NCBI GenBank assembly: GCA_051362555.1
Contig: CM120642.1
Location: 23,746,001-23,810,000 of the forward strand
Origin: Lingula anatina
Lineage: Eukaryota > Animalia > Brachiopoda
DNA: 64,000 nt
Direction of reading: 5' to 3'
The translations under genes and the position numbers were made by a program. Below are positions 11,594 through 23,717 of this stretch, piece after piece (the first letter of the stretch is position 1; each line of letters begins with the position of its first letter). Under the pieces are notes generated by a model. That model did not search any database. It saw nothing but the letters and a program-made list of their open reading frames with translations, and was not told the origin of the DNA.

Positions 11594-12596
11594 CTGGATT
11601 CAAATAAATTGTAATCATTTTTTACTGTCCTGGATGTCTTTCCTGAAACTGGTCAAAATAAGTGACAAAAAAGACAACTATGTTGAGCAGACATGGAAGA
11701 TGTACTAGTAATCCTGTGGGAGCAATGAAAGAAGTCTGTAAGAATGAGATGTGTAGGCCAGTCATTTGGATATCTTATAGTACAAACCAAACAAATAATC
11801 ATCTGTTAGTACCACTGTAATTAAAACAAGCTGTGTCCCTTTCCAGCATATCACTGTAATTAAAACAGGCTGTGTTCCTTTCCATCATAAGTGCTCAAAA
11901 ATATTACTAACATGGAGGCACAACTGTAGATGGCAAATTCACACAAAATATAGATATTGTTGATATTGTTTTGTCAAGCAACAAGACTACGCCCCCCCCC
12001 CCCCTCCATTTCCTTCTAGAACTCATTATACAGACACAGAGCCAAAACACAGTCTAAGCTGGTTCAAGATCCCTTTTCATTGCTGTAAATCTTATCTTAT
12101 ATGACTTTAAGCCTCATTTGGTGTAATTTATACTCAGTAATCCAACATACAAGGTCGAATATATTCTGTGCTGGCACCATGAATCATTTTAATGACGAAT
12201 AAATCTTTGTGATTTCCAACGAGTTTAGGATGTCCCAGTTTCACACAAAACAAGATAAGATTTTGTGGCACCCAGTTACAATAAACCAAAAGACCTCTCA
12301 GTCATACCACCTTAAAAGTGTGTGATATTGCTGGTTGACAAAAATACAGCCGTCTTGAGACAAGATATTAAAATCTGACACAGGACAACGACCTTGCAAG
12401 TCGCAAAGCTTGGTTACACGTGTCTGCATTTCCAATTTCACGAAAGCATAACTGGCTGAAACGCTCAGCAAAACAAACATTTCTATGTCTTGCAATTAAT
12501 TTTACTTTTAAACTTACGCAAGCACGTTTGCCTTTAAGTTGCAACTACTAAATCAATGCAAGCTTGAACCCAAAAAATTGTGTCAAGTGGACTCAC

Positions 12597-12910
12597 CGCT
12601 AATCCAATATGGCCACTGGAATGGCGGTCAACAGGTGCGTCGAGATTAACAAATTTATATTTTTCAGAAATTAGTAATGAATTATGAAAAATATGCTTCT
12701 GGTCGGAAAACAGTTCGACAAAAAACAAGTTTTAATTTTAGTATAAGATATTGATTACGAAAATTACACTGAAATGTAATTGATGTTTGACCTAGTTTAG
12801 AGACTAGATAGAAACCGTAAACTTTCAAAAGGTGTGCATGTCATGGAGTAGTAGTAGTAGGACGGGTGACGTTTTGTGGGGTTGAAAAACGTCTAAACCT
12901 GAACTGCAAC
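12597..12910. promoter_or_regulatory. Probable bidirectional promoter, including the non-coding first exon of the minus-strand gene
   Basis: Minus-strand donor GCG|gtgagt at 12597/12596, YY1-like ATGGCGG at ~12622, locally raised CpG; SAPCD2 ATG is at 12911 on the opposite strand. Confidence 0.55.
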
Positions 12911-13667
12911 ATGGATCACCAGCCAAAATCTACTTTAGATGGTCTTCCTAAGCAGTTCATTGCTTCGCTGAGAACTTTATTCGATATTTTAGACGACGAT
13001 AAAACCGGTTTAGTTCGACTTGGTGAGATAGAAACTCGGTGGAAAGAAGACGGCATCAAAGAGCTGCCGCGGGGAGTAATTGAAGCACTACGCAAGGTAA
13101 CACCTCCTAACGGCCTGCTCACCTTTGAACGCTTTGTGGCTGGACTCAAGATTGCCCTCTTGCGAAACAGAGGTGACCATAAGGATAAAGAAAACCAGGG
13201 TCCACTGAAATCCCAAATAAATGGACCCAGCACAAATAGGAGCAATGGTCTCACGGGCCAGAGACAGATATTCGGAGGTCAGAAATCTCACACTGCCTCA
13301 CAGAACGAAAGAACTGCTACCGTCCGACCCATAAACAATGCCATGCAACAACGTGCCCTGAGTATGCCTCATCTGGCAGACCCCGGGAAGGGGAGCAACT
13401 CGGACATGGATGAACCCACCTCGGCGCCCCTGGGACCAAGGAACGAATGGTTCGTGCAGTCTCACAACCAAATCCCCGAGCAGAACCGTTTCCACCACAA
13501 CCCTGCATTACCCAAGGATAAGACTGGTATTGTGGCCACTTTGAAAAGCTGGCAGAGAGATAAGATGGGTGGAACGTCAGTTGTACAGTCGGAGTTTCAG
13601 GGTAACCGGCCAGTAAGCACCAGTAATTTACCTGAGAGCAGGGGGGCTGTGCCAGGGGCTGCAACAG
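12911..13667 (+). CDS. SAPCD2: Suppressor APC domain-containing protein 2, coding exon 1
   Basis: AACATGG start; GLPKQFIASLRTLFDILDD...LTFERFVAGLKIAL is the characteristic SAPCD2 N-terminus; donor CAG|gtgag. Joined CDS 12911-13667, 20290-20405, 21752-21898, 22706-22807, 23096-23218, 23589-23717 = 1374 nt, 457 aa. Confidence 0.92.
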
Positions 13668-16600
13668 GTGAGAAACAGCTGTGCAAGAGACTTTTAATAC
13701 TTATAAAACTACCACTCCACTCAGCTCTGGAATAATAAAAGTTTTCTTTGAAGTTATGGAAGCTAGGTGGAAATAATTGTTTACAATAATAACAGTGTAA
13801 TATACATTGTAAATCATGTTTTTAATGTATTTTAAACATTTGTTTTGGTACACTTGACAGCTAAGCAATTACTTGTAAACACAATGTTGCAGTTGAAATA
13901 AGTATAGATTTGTGTTGTATATTAACTCATTAAAATTTACAGTGAGATCACGTAAATAACAGTCCCATCGTCACTTTAAAAATAGAAATTAAAAAAAAAG
14001 CAAAATAACTTTTAAAAAATTCTACATGCTTATTTAATCAGAGCCAGTGCTGTATGATTTTAATTGTAGTTGTAAAACAAACTGTGCCTCATTATATCAT
14101 TAGAAGTTGTGTCTGTGGAAAGATTGGTAACGGCTGGAATCTTCAAACATGAAAATTGCTTCAGTTATACTTTAGAAAGACTCATCAATCATGGGAACAT
14201 AAGAAATAAAGCTATAAAAGTCAAAATGACTTCCGTACCTCAAGCTGTTCATTTGTAAAGAAGCTAGAATAAGCTTCTGTGAAATACTGCCACAATAGTT
14301 GTTTTCAAATTTAACAATCATAAAAACCGGCACATGAAGTAAAGTGGATCATCTTTTTCTTTCCTTGGCATATATCTGACTTAAAAGTATAACCCTCACC
14401 CACTCCCCTATCCAAAATAATGTGATGTTTATGGTATTCAAAAAATTATTATTGTATGATTTTTTTTACCTTATAAAATTTTTAATGTAAAGTCATATTA
14501 CTACAGGTTATCATCAGTATCAGTATACTCACTCAGTATATTTCTGAGTCTGCCCATGTATATAATAACCCTTATATTATTCTTATTTTGTATTTTACTT
14601 TTTTTAGTCAGTTTAGTGCAACACTTGAAAAACTGTGCTATAAAATCTTTATTGTTAAATTAAATAGTGTGACTGAAGTTTATGTACAAAAATGCTACAC
14701 CCATGAAGGCATATAATTCTAATGGATGATATTATGTGACACACTCAGCTTTCAGCCTAAAGAAGTAGTACTGAACAAATTTTTTGACAGAGGTGGTGAA
14801 AATATGTGAAATATGTTATATTTTTCTGAGCTAAATAAGCAAATATTCAGCCTTTGGCTAAATTTTAAGTATGCTAAACAATCACAGGATGACATAAAAG
14901 TCGTTTCACTTTTTACATTTATTATAAGGGCAGTTGTGCAAAGACTGTTCCACTATCATCTGGTCCCCTCATAATTAGCCACCATGGCTGATTAATGTGG
15001 TGTTATTTCAGCAGGGAGATTGTTCTATGGCACTTTGTTAAAGAACTATACAGGATTAGATCAATACTGCAGTTGGACCCCTAGACTTGATCAATGAAGT
15101 TCAATACTTGAATATGGTCTGTGAGGACAACCTGGGGGTAAAAGAGAAAGTTGGATGAAGGGTCAAAAATCTGGTATTTGTTGGGGTTACTTTTATTCTT
15201 TTTGGTAAAGAAAAGGACATTATCTTATCCTTTTTTAAAACAAAGACTTTTTATTAAAGCAACAGCCCCTAGTTTCTTTTACTAGTAATTAGTCATTAAT
15301 TTAAGAATAGAAGTGCAGAAAGAAAAAACTTCCTTGCATTGGAGGAGACAGACAAATAAAAGCACAAGATGACAAGGTTGGATAAATGTCTACTAGCTAG
15401 CAAAAACTGTTGGAAGTGGTGAAGTGTCACCCACTGTCCTGTAACAGCTGCTTGTAATGGCTGGACACTTGCTGGACCAGACTCATAAATCTGACAGGCC
15501 AGTAAGGAGTGTGTGTGTGCCCTTTTGGGCATGAAAAGATACACTCTTCAAAATATGATCCAGTTTCTATGTTCATTCAACTAATGGGGTAAAAAGTACC
15601 ACTTTTTTTTTTTTTTTTAGAAAAAGAACTCCAATTTGAAATGTCTGACTACAGGTCTGTCTGACCATGTTGTTTTCAGTAACAAGACCCTTCAAAGGCA
15701 AGTTTTAGATCTTCGGCTGATTACACGCAGTCTATTGAGCAAACAAACTCTGTAGAAACTGATACCTCAACTTTTGCTCTATAATTTCATGGACATGTAA
15801 GCTTTCATTTCAATGACAAAAAGGGAGGGAAATTTAGCATTTTTGAAATGAAACCAAACACCATACAGCTATACAAATACAGCCATTATGGGACTTGATT
15901 GGCTTGCTTTCATATGAAATCGACATTCTTTTCTCCTGAAATGAACATGTGAAATTGACATTTAAATTTATGTCTGCATGGTCCTGTTACAACAATACTA
16001 GTACTTTTATGTGGCCCTTGATGTGTTTTATTTTTTTACACAATGTGAATTGTGTATACAAATTACTGCCTTATTTGTTAAGAATAGAGGTGATCCAGGT
16101 ACAGGGCCTGAGTCACCGTGAATGGCTTAGAGTAAAATCTTTGTACTGACTTGGAGTAAAATGTTTGCATGTGTGCTGCCTTTATCATCTTCCACTAATT
16201 GAAGCCACAGTCAGGCAAGGACTGTGTTTGACCTGCAATAAGTGTCTCTAATTACACTTGTTATACTGATTTAAGGACTCTGTTAAAGATGAAAGAAAAT
16301 ATTTACCCATTAGTAATGTCATTAGATATAAGACAACGTTACTGATAAAAGACTGGATCTGTCTTTAATCTGGTACTCTGACAACTCAAGTTGGGCTGAT
16401 TTTCTGTCCTAACTAATTCTGTCTGAGCAGTCCTATGTACTTAAACAGAATCAAAATATTAGTGTTCTCCTTGATATTATGATTAATAATTTATAAACCT
16501 ACATATTTCTAATAAATCTAAATGATTGAGATCACCAAGTACATGTAGCCATTTAACTCATTAATATCAACATTTAGGATACAAATCTTGATCGAAGAAC

Positions 16601-19227
16601 AAAAAAGAAAAAAGAGATAATTGGTATATCTGTGAGGAAGAATAATAGTTTTTTCACTGAAGATTATACCATAAAGGTTTATTTAAATTTTTATGCCCAA
16701 GAAACTTAGACTGACCCACAACATCTGTGATCGGATTTTGATAAGATTTAAAGGTTTTCATAATTATCTGCTGGGTGTGTGTGACTTTTTCCAGTTAGGT
16801 TGTAAATGGCATCTTTTGTCTGAGGTTATAAGTCCTTAATTGAGTTATCTAGTTATACAGAAAAATGTTATTAGATATGTAGAGAGAATGCTGTGTTATA
16901 TTATATACATTAGATACTGTTGTACATACTAGTATCCCAAAGGTAGTGTTAAAAAATTCCATGCACACCAGGTTCCACTTTTAACATAAATTCAAAACTT
17001 CTGACTCACACACAGATGTAGAACTGTTTGGATAATGCCTAGCTTGCAATGAAAGTGTCTCAGACTCTTCTTCAGATGACCATATTATATAACTGACCAT
17101 TGTTTTTAATGTTAGGTGAGCACTGTCTGAAATATATCTCTGCAAAATATTGGGATATCTTTTTTTAAGTCTAAATATTGCACTTCAGATTGGCTTAATT
17201 CTGGTTATTTTTCTTTGATGTCTTAGCCTATTTTTGGTCTAAATCCGTCCCTATCTGCACGCCTACATGCCCCTGCTGTCAGGTATAATGCCATATTTTT
17301 TACCTGTCATGGTATTAAACAATGGTTGCATCCAATACCAGGTCTACTAAACCTGGTTTGAAAGTCACCTGTAAGAAAATGATTTGAATACCATTTTGCT
17401 TTTTAAGATTTACTTCAAGGTGGGAAGCCTTCCAGTATGTTATTGAATATAATATATATATATGTCTGTGAAGGAAGATATGCTTTCAGTGGTATTGTTT
17501 TGTAAATGTTTATAAGCAAGGTATTCTATTCTAATTGGTATAAATTTTTTCATAAAATTGCAATTCTAACTTTCAGCATAGACAACTATTTAGGATGGAC
17601 AGAAATGGGAATTGCTAACTAGTATGAATTTCATTTCCTTATTGCAGTAAACTCGGCCTTAAAGCCATATTTAATAATTTCCATTCTTTGTGCTAATTTG
17701 CGAAATTGCCTTTCACTTCCATTTTCATTTATAAAACCAAAATACATATTAAAATTAAATTAAAAATTAAATTAAAATTAATGTAGCACTGGGCAAAATC
17801 TTTATAGGCTTTTGTGACTTAACTTGGGTTGAATTCAGTTCGCTTACTGATGTTCCCCAAACAAATGTCCCATAAAGATGCCTTGGACCTGTTGTCTGTT
17901 GTTTACGGAGGGGTAAGGCCCACTGACCCTTGGTGACTGAGCACAAGCCATTTCTTACACAGCAGACAAATCAAAAGATTCCGCCTCTTCCACCTTGGAT
18001 TGTCATTTTGGTTTGCACTACTATTAAGATTGATATCTTTTTAAAGGAAGAGGGAGAGGGGTGGCTTCAATAACTTTTGAGAACCAAGTACAGTACTAGT
18101 AATAGTACTCTCATGGGTGCATGAGATATAGTTATAAAAACTATGGTACACCAATTTGAAATGTTTCATTATTCTAAATTATTGTTTTGATAAAGAATAG
18201 TGTTACTAGACAAAATTCATGTAGCAGTTGTGAAATCTGTCTGTCCTCAGAAAAGTATTTTTGTTTTTTCAAAATTGTTTTCAGTTTTTATCGTACAAAT
18301 TTTCAGCTCTAAAGACATTTTTAAAGTTTGTTTTAGATATAGTTAACAACTTCATTTTATTGAAAAAGAATAGCCAAGAATAAATTGTGTTTGAGTCAGG
18401 AAAGTGTAATAGGCACTGCACTCTATTTGACAGTGTATTTTCTGAATGCCAACTCAGTGACCTTAGCGATCAACAGGGGTCAAGGGTCAATGATCAATCC
18501 CAGATAGGTGAATTCGGCATACCTGCCAATTACTGGACTACCTGTTGTTTATGTGTTGTCTGGACACTTAGCTTATCAATTGTGTGAAAAGACCATCGAC
18601 TGGGGCTTATAAAGTCCACTAGAAAGATAGACTGTTGAATTGTATAGTCAGAAGTTGGGTTGCTTGGCTTGACTGATCTAGCCTCCACACAAATTGAGCA
18701 AAATACTACAGTACTATTTAGTAAAGAAAAATGAAGGATATGTAGATATTATCATCCTAACTTTTTATATGGGGGTAAACTTCTTATAATTGTTAAAAAC
18801 TATTTAAAATAAGCTGACATACTGATAGCACTGGGCGGGTGATGAATGAGAGAGCAATTTCTGGAAAAATAAGAAGTTTTGACGTACCAAATTACCAACA
18901 CTTTATTTGTTAAGTTTGTGACATATAATACAGGAACATCTCATCATTACACACACACTTGCATGCACACACAAAAGATAAAAAATTAACAAAGAAAAGT
19001 GTACAGACAGGTGGGCAGACTTAAAATGTGAAACGTGTGACATGCTAGTTATCATTCATTTACTATTTCACACATAGCAGAGACAATCTTATTTCCAGCA
19101 AAAATGAATAAAACAAATTAACTATGGAATAGATCAAGTTACAGTCAGGAGAATAGAAAAATTTTCAAAATTGATTAATGGATAGATTATATTATAACCA
19201 ATCGGACAAAATGAAAAAGATAAATGT

Positions 19228-19538
19228 CAGGCCTACCCAACTACCAGACTCGGCACCGAATGATCCAGAATTCACCGGTAGATCAGACCACACTACCCGT
19301 TTTCAAGGTGTATATCAGATCGCATTACACAGTATCATACCCTGAACAAATTTTGACTGGTGATGCAATGCTTTTCAACCCCGCTGTGAATCGTCACTAT
19401 CACATCGCGTACTAGGCAAGAGCGGTGTCGCGTCTGTGTAATGCGATCTGATACACACCTTGAAAACGGGTAGTGTGGTCCGATTTACCGGTGAATTCTG
19501 GATCATTCGGTGCCGAGTCTGGTAGTTGGGTAGGCCTG
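19228..19538. mobile_element. MITE with ~104-bp TIRs and 5-bp TSD (AATGT)
   Basis: AATGT|CAGGCCTACCCAACTACCAGACTCGG ... CCGAGTCTGGTAGTTGGGTAGGCCTG|AATGT; arms differ at only ~3 positions. Confidence 0.9.
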
Positions 19539-20289
19539 AATGTGAAAAAGAAAGTTTGGTCTCTGGGATGGAGGGTGTTGTCTTGCTCACTGGACATACT
19601 GGACATCAAGGAGTGACATGTGACTGTCACCTCAGTGAAGGTTCTACTCACTGGAGTAAACGTGCCACCGGTGTATTTCACTTCTGGAAACTTTTTTATT
19701 TATCGGTTTTTTATTTATTTTTACTTTTTACGAAATAATGCTCATAAAGTGAACAGTTTCATCTTCTTTGAATTAAAAAAAAACACGTGACTTGTCATGA
19801 TTTTTTTCTTCTTCAACTTAAAATTATTTTAGAAAATTGAAGGGATTAATCATTCAGAATGTGTAATAGTATGGATTACGTCTGTGTATCCCCCTCATGT
19901 GGACAGATGCTACCATTTACCAGTATCAGCTGGACATACCACAAACGCCTTTACTGCTCGGTCACATGAAAGAACAAATGTGCCAGTGACAATATGTACA
20001 TATATTTATATGTGTGTGTGACAGTGTTTTTGCCAGTAAGCATTATTTCATGCTGACTTTATTCAAAAGAAAAAGAGCAAAGGTGACACAAATTATCGTC
20101 ATTTCCACATATGCTGTATGTTTTTCAAAATCATCAGCAAGGGTTCTGCGACTCGGCAGCAATCTATGGGTCAGATTGGTGAACGTTGTCAGGCATCTTC
20201 AGTCACTGACCCGACTGCCTATAGCTGCCACATTCAGGTGTGGAAAGTTAGAGACCTTATGATGTTGAATTATCTTTGTTCTTGTTTAG

Positions 20290-20405
20290 TGAACAAGGAT
20301 GGGCAGGGGAGGACATTTGAAGATGCCATGATGCACAAGAGGGCCGTTCCCAAGAAGAAAGAACCCAGGAGGCACACATTGGCCAATGGAATTGATTATA
20401 ACATG
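20290..20405 (+). CDS. SAPCD2: SAPCD2 coding exon 2
   Basis: tttag|(V)NKDGQGRTFEDAMMHKRAVPKKKEPRRHTLANGIDYNM|gtatga; conserved EPRRHT..NG.DY motif. Confidence 0.9.
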
Positions 20406-20486
20406 GTATGATACTTTGTGATTTTTTCATATTGTACAGATCTGTAGAAATACAGCTTGAAATCGATGGAAGCAATTACACAAAAG

Positions 20487-20488
<2 letters not shown>

Positions 20489-20530
<42 letters not shown>
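20489..20530. repeat. (CT)n microsatellite
   Basis: About 21 CT units. Confidence 0.95.
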
Positions 20531-20534
<4 letters not shown>

Positions 20535-21751
20535 CTGAACTAAGAAGGTGTAAGATGTCAATAATAATAATAATTATGAGGAGAATCTTTCAACCAAATC
20601 TCATATTCTTTTTTATTCTCTCTGTGTTGGAAATCTCTAACACTGGTTTTTTGACTGACAGCCCATATCCTAATTTTCCCACTTGAAAGCCAGACACTGA
20701 ATGCAAGTGCAGTCATTGAATTGGAAAATTTTCCCCAACAATGGCCCAGTAGGAAAATTTAGGCCCATTTGCTGGATTAAAACCCCTATTAGTACCGTAG
20801 TGCCACGTGAAGTCTGAAATAACTAAAGGAGGAAAACTGATTTAATTTTTGACAGTTTTCCTCTAAAATTTTATAAAGCAAGTTTTTTTTTTTAAATTGA
20901 AAATATAGGCATGTTGGCCTATTTGAAATAACTTTGTTGTAACACAATTCTTCTAACCAAGGAAAAAAAACTACAGAATGGGCATCTTACAAATTCATTG
21001 TGAAATTTAAGAATTTATGGTACATAAACATTTTGGACTTATTAGAATAGGGTGCACATGTCTGCCTTAGTCAATATTAGGTTGGTCCACCATGTTTCAA
21101 CAGCTATATCTAAGGCAGAGAGGTGCACAAGATGAACTCTTGGGTTAAGGTAGTGTGTTTTCTTGCAACATATTTGAATTATTTGATTTAGATTTATAAT
21201 TCCTGTATGATGAATTTATTTGTGTGACTTTTCCCAATTTGCTGAAGGAAGAAGGCTATGCTTTTGTTTGGATTTTTAATAAGTTAAGACTAGATTTGGA
21301 CTAAAACCCTATTGTGAAACAAGGCCCAACTGTATCTAGCAATGGAAGCAAGAGCATGATTTGATCCAGGATTCAATTGTGCCAAGTTCAATTTTCAGAA
21401 TCAAGCTTTAATCTAAAAAGGGTACCAAGACTGCAATAGCTTTAAAGATTTTAAAACCATGTACTATAATTTTACCATATAACTTTCCAGCTTTTATGCA
21501 AAATATCTGAAAGGATTATGGTGCAGTACTTTGGAATCTCGATTATGTCTATATTTCTACCAATTATTTTACCAATTAGTATTTAATGGTCAAACAAAAT
21601 TGCCCAAAATTGTTTTTATTTATGGCTGATTTGCCAGTAAAATGTTTCCAACAGTTTGGTGAGTTTTTTTCCAAGAGTTCGAGATTTCTCCAACCTAATC
21701 ATTCAACTTTATTAAATTCCTAAATCTTTGCTCCAATTTCCAATTTTTTAG

Positions 21752-21898
21752 CTAAAGCGTATGAAGCAGTTGGAGCAGGAGCGTGATGTGTTACTACAGG
21801 GTCTGGAGGCCGTGGATAAAGCCAGGGAATGGTACCATAATCAGTTGATAGCTGTACAGGAAAAACAGAAGTACCTGGGGAAATCTACTGCTCAGTCT
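21752..21898 (+). CDS. SAPCD2: SAPCD2 coding exon 3 (Suppressor_APC domain)
   Basis: ttttag|LKRMKQLEQERDVLLQGLEAVDKAREWYHNQLIAVQEKQKYLGKSTAQS|gtgagt. Confidence 0.92.
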
Positions 21899-22705
21899 GT
21901 GAGTATTGTATACAGCATAGACCTTAGGTTAATAACTATCACTGAAAAGTTAAGTTAATGGCTCTTTGGCATGCAATTCTTGAGTTTAACTTGCCTCTTT
22001 CTCCATTTCAAAGCTCGACCTATTTTAAATGTGTACTACTATGCAGGGTGAAGATTTTTTCTTTTAACTTGTCAAATTTAGCATGGAATGGTTGGCCTGG
22101 ATTTTTGGTAAATGAAACAATGAGTCACAGGTGTGAAACATGCCATGCTATGTTAGATGCAACTTTCTCAATTGTTCATTTTAGTGATTACCTCTGCCAA
22201 TAGCAAATAATTTAATAATTTTTTTGTAAACATAGATTTTAGTTTGTTTTATTTCTGAATTTAGATAACAAATGTTATGGATTTTCTGTCTAGGGTGGAT
22301 CACAGTGATATGATAAAGCGCAGTGTGAATGAACTAATGTATCATTTTGAACAATATGTTACCTCGAGTACCAGGTGTGCTCTCTGGACATTCTAAATGC
22401 CATTCTGGTGTAGCCTGGCAATTTTTTCCTCTTAGCCAAATCACTACTTTTTCATCACATTTTTTCAAATGTTTTAAATTTGATTTAAACAAGTGAAATC
22501 AACCCTATTTTGATTATCCAGTGCAAGCATTTGGCTAATTCAGCAAGTGTTAGGGCTACACCAGACATTGGCTGGTAGACAGTGTGTTAGTTGAGCTTTA
22601 TATGCAGGATACATCTGATGCATTTATACTTAAATATAAACATTGTCATTTCACGTTAAAACTGGATTTAGAAATAATAGGAAATATAATTTTTGACAAT
22701 TCTAG

Positions 22706-22807
22706 GATTACTCCTTGGAGGCCAACCAAGAGAGGATGAATTTCCAGATGGCCAGGATATATGAAGTCAATCAGCAACTCAAGGCCCTGATTGACAGCTC
22801 AGAAAAG
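22706..22807 (+). CDS. SAPCD2: SAPCD2 coding exon 4
   Basis: ttctag|DYSLEANQERMNFQMARIYEVNQQLKALIDSSEK|gtgaaa. Confidence 0.88.
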
Positions 22808-23095
22808 GTGAAAGATTATGGCTTCATGTACTCACAAATACATATTCTCTCTCTCAAACATATGCACATTACTTGCAATGTTTCTTAGTAAAATTGATTC
22901 TCATTAAGTATGTGAAATAAATGAAAAACTTACTTTGCATAGTTTCGCAAGTTAGCCTAACGCTACATATGTATAAAAGACAAATGTGACATAAGTCAAG
23001 CAATTTTACCTCTCCCGTGACCACTGAACATTGAGGCATGTAGTGATGATAACTGATGTAAAGATTATGATTGATTTTGTCTTCTATTTCACTAG

Positions 23096-23218
23096 GGTTT
23101 TCCTCTACACATGAACCTGGCTGTTGGTGACAGATTGCCACGTACAACATCTACGTCATCTGAACAAGAACAGCATGTGACGCAGATGGTGAAGGCCCAG
23201 AACAGGATGCTTACCACA
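23096..23218 (+). CDS. SAPCD2: SAPCD2 coding exon 5
   Basis: actag|GFPLHMNLAVGDRLPRTTSTSSEQEQHVTQMVKAQNRMLTT|gtaagt. Confidence 0.88.
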
Positions 23219-23588
23219 GTAAGTTCCTGTGTGTGTGCACAAACCTATGCCTACATGTGCATTACAAACATGATATATGTGTACATAGCATATACCAATA
23301 TGTGTGTATATACTTATATGCTCATATACCGGTACACAATGGACAGGTGCATCTGTGATTTTGTCATTCTTTGTAAATTTACTTCACTGAACAGATTTTG
23401 AGGCAGCATTAAACAGACTATATAATGTTAAACAATCGGAGAAGACTAGGGAGGCAATATGCATTTAAGGTCATATAATAATATATTGGATGTGGACATA
23501 AATTTATCAGCAATAAAAGATTGAATATGTATTCAGTATCAGCACAGGATTTTAACCTACACGTAATTAAAATGTTTTCCTTTTCCAG

Positions 23589-23717
23589 GAAATTTCTCAG
23601 AAAAGTGACAGAATCACACAGTTGGAGAGAGAAAAGGCCAGTCTCATACGTGAACTATTTGAGGCAAGATCGAAAGGAGCTAAGAATGTCAACAGTGAAG
23701 ACACCACATTCATGTAA
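23589..23717 (+). CDS. SAPCD2: SAPCD2 last coding exon
   Basis: ttccag|EISQKSDRITQLEREKASLIRELFEARSKGAKNVNSEDTTFM*; conserved C-terminal coiled coil and D.TF end. Confidence 0.92.
   Translation, partial: EISQKSDRITQLEREKASLIRELFEARSKGAKNVNSEDTTFM

Noticed and set aside
12866-13735. 289-aa single-exon ORF as a complete gene
   Set aside because: The likely start is ATG 12911 and the frame is spliced at 13667; the ORF tail is intron read-through.
19224-19590. Two ORFs with near-identical peptides on opposite strands
   Set aside because: Artefact of the MITE's inverted repeats.
20140-20160. Hammerhead-like CTGATGA...GAAA on the minus strand (also CTGATGA at ~24153 and ~40966)
   Set aside because: No flanking stems I-III could be formed by eye.
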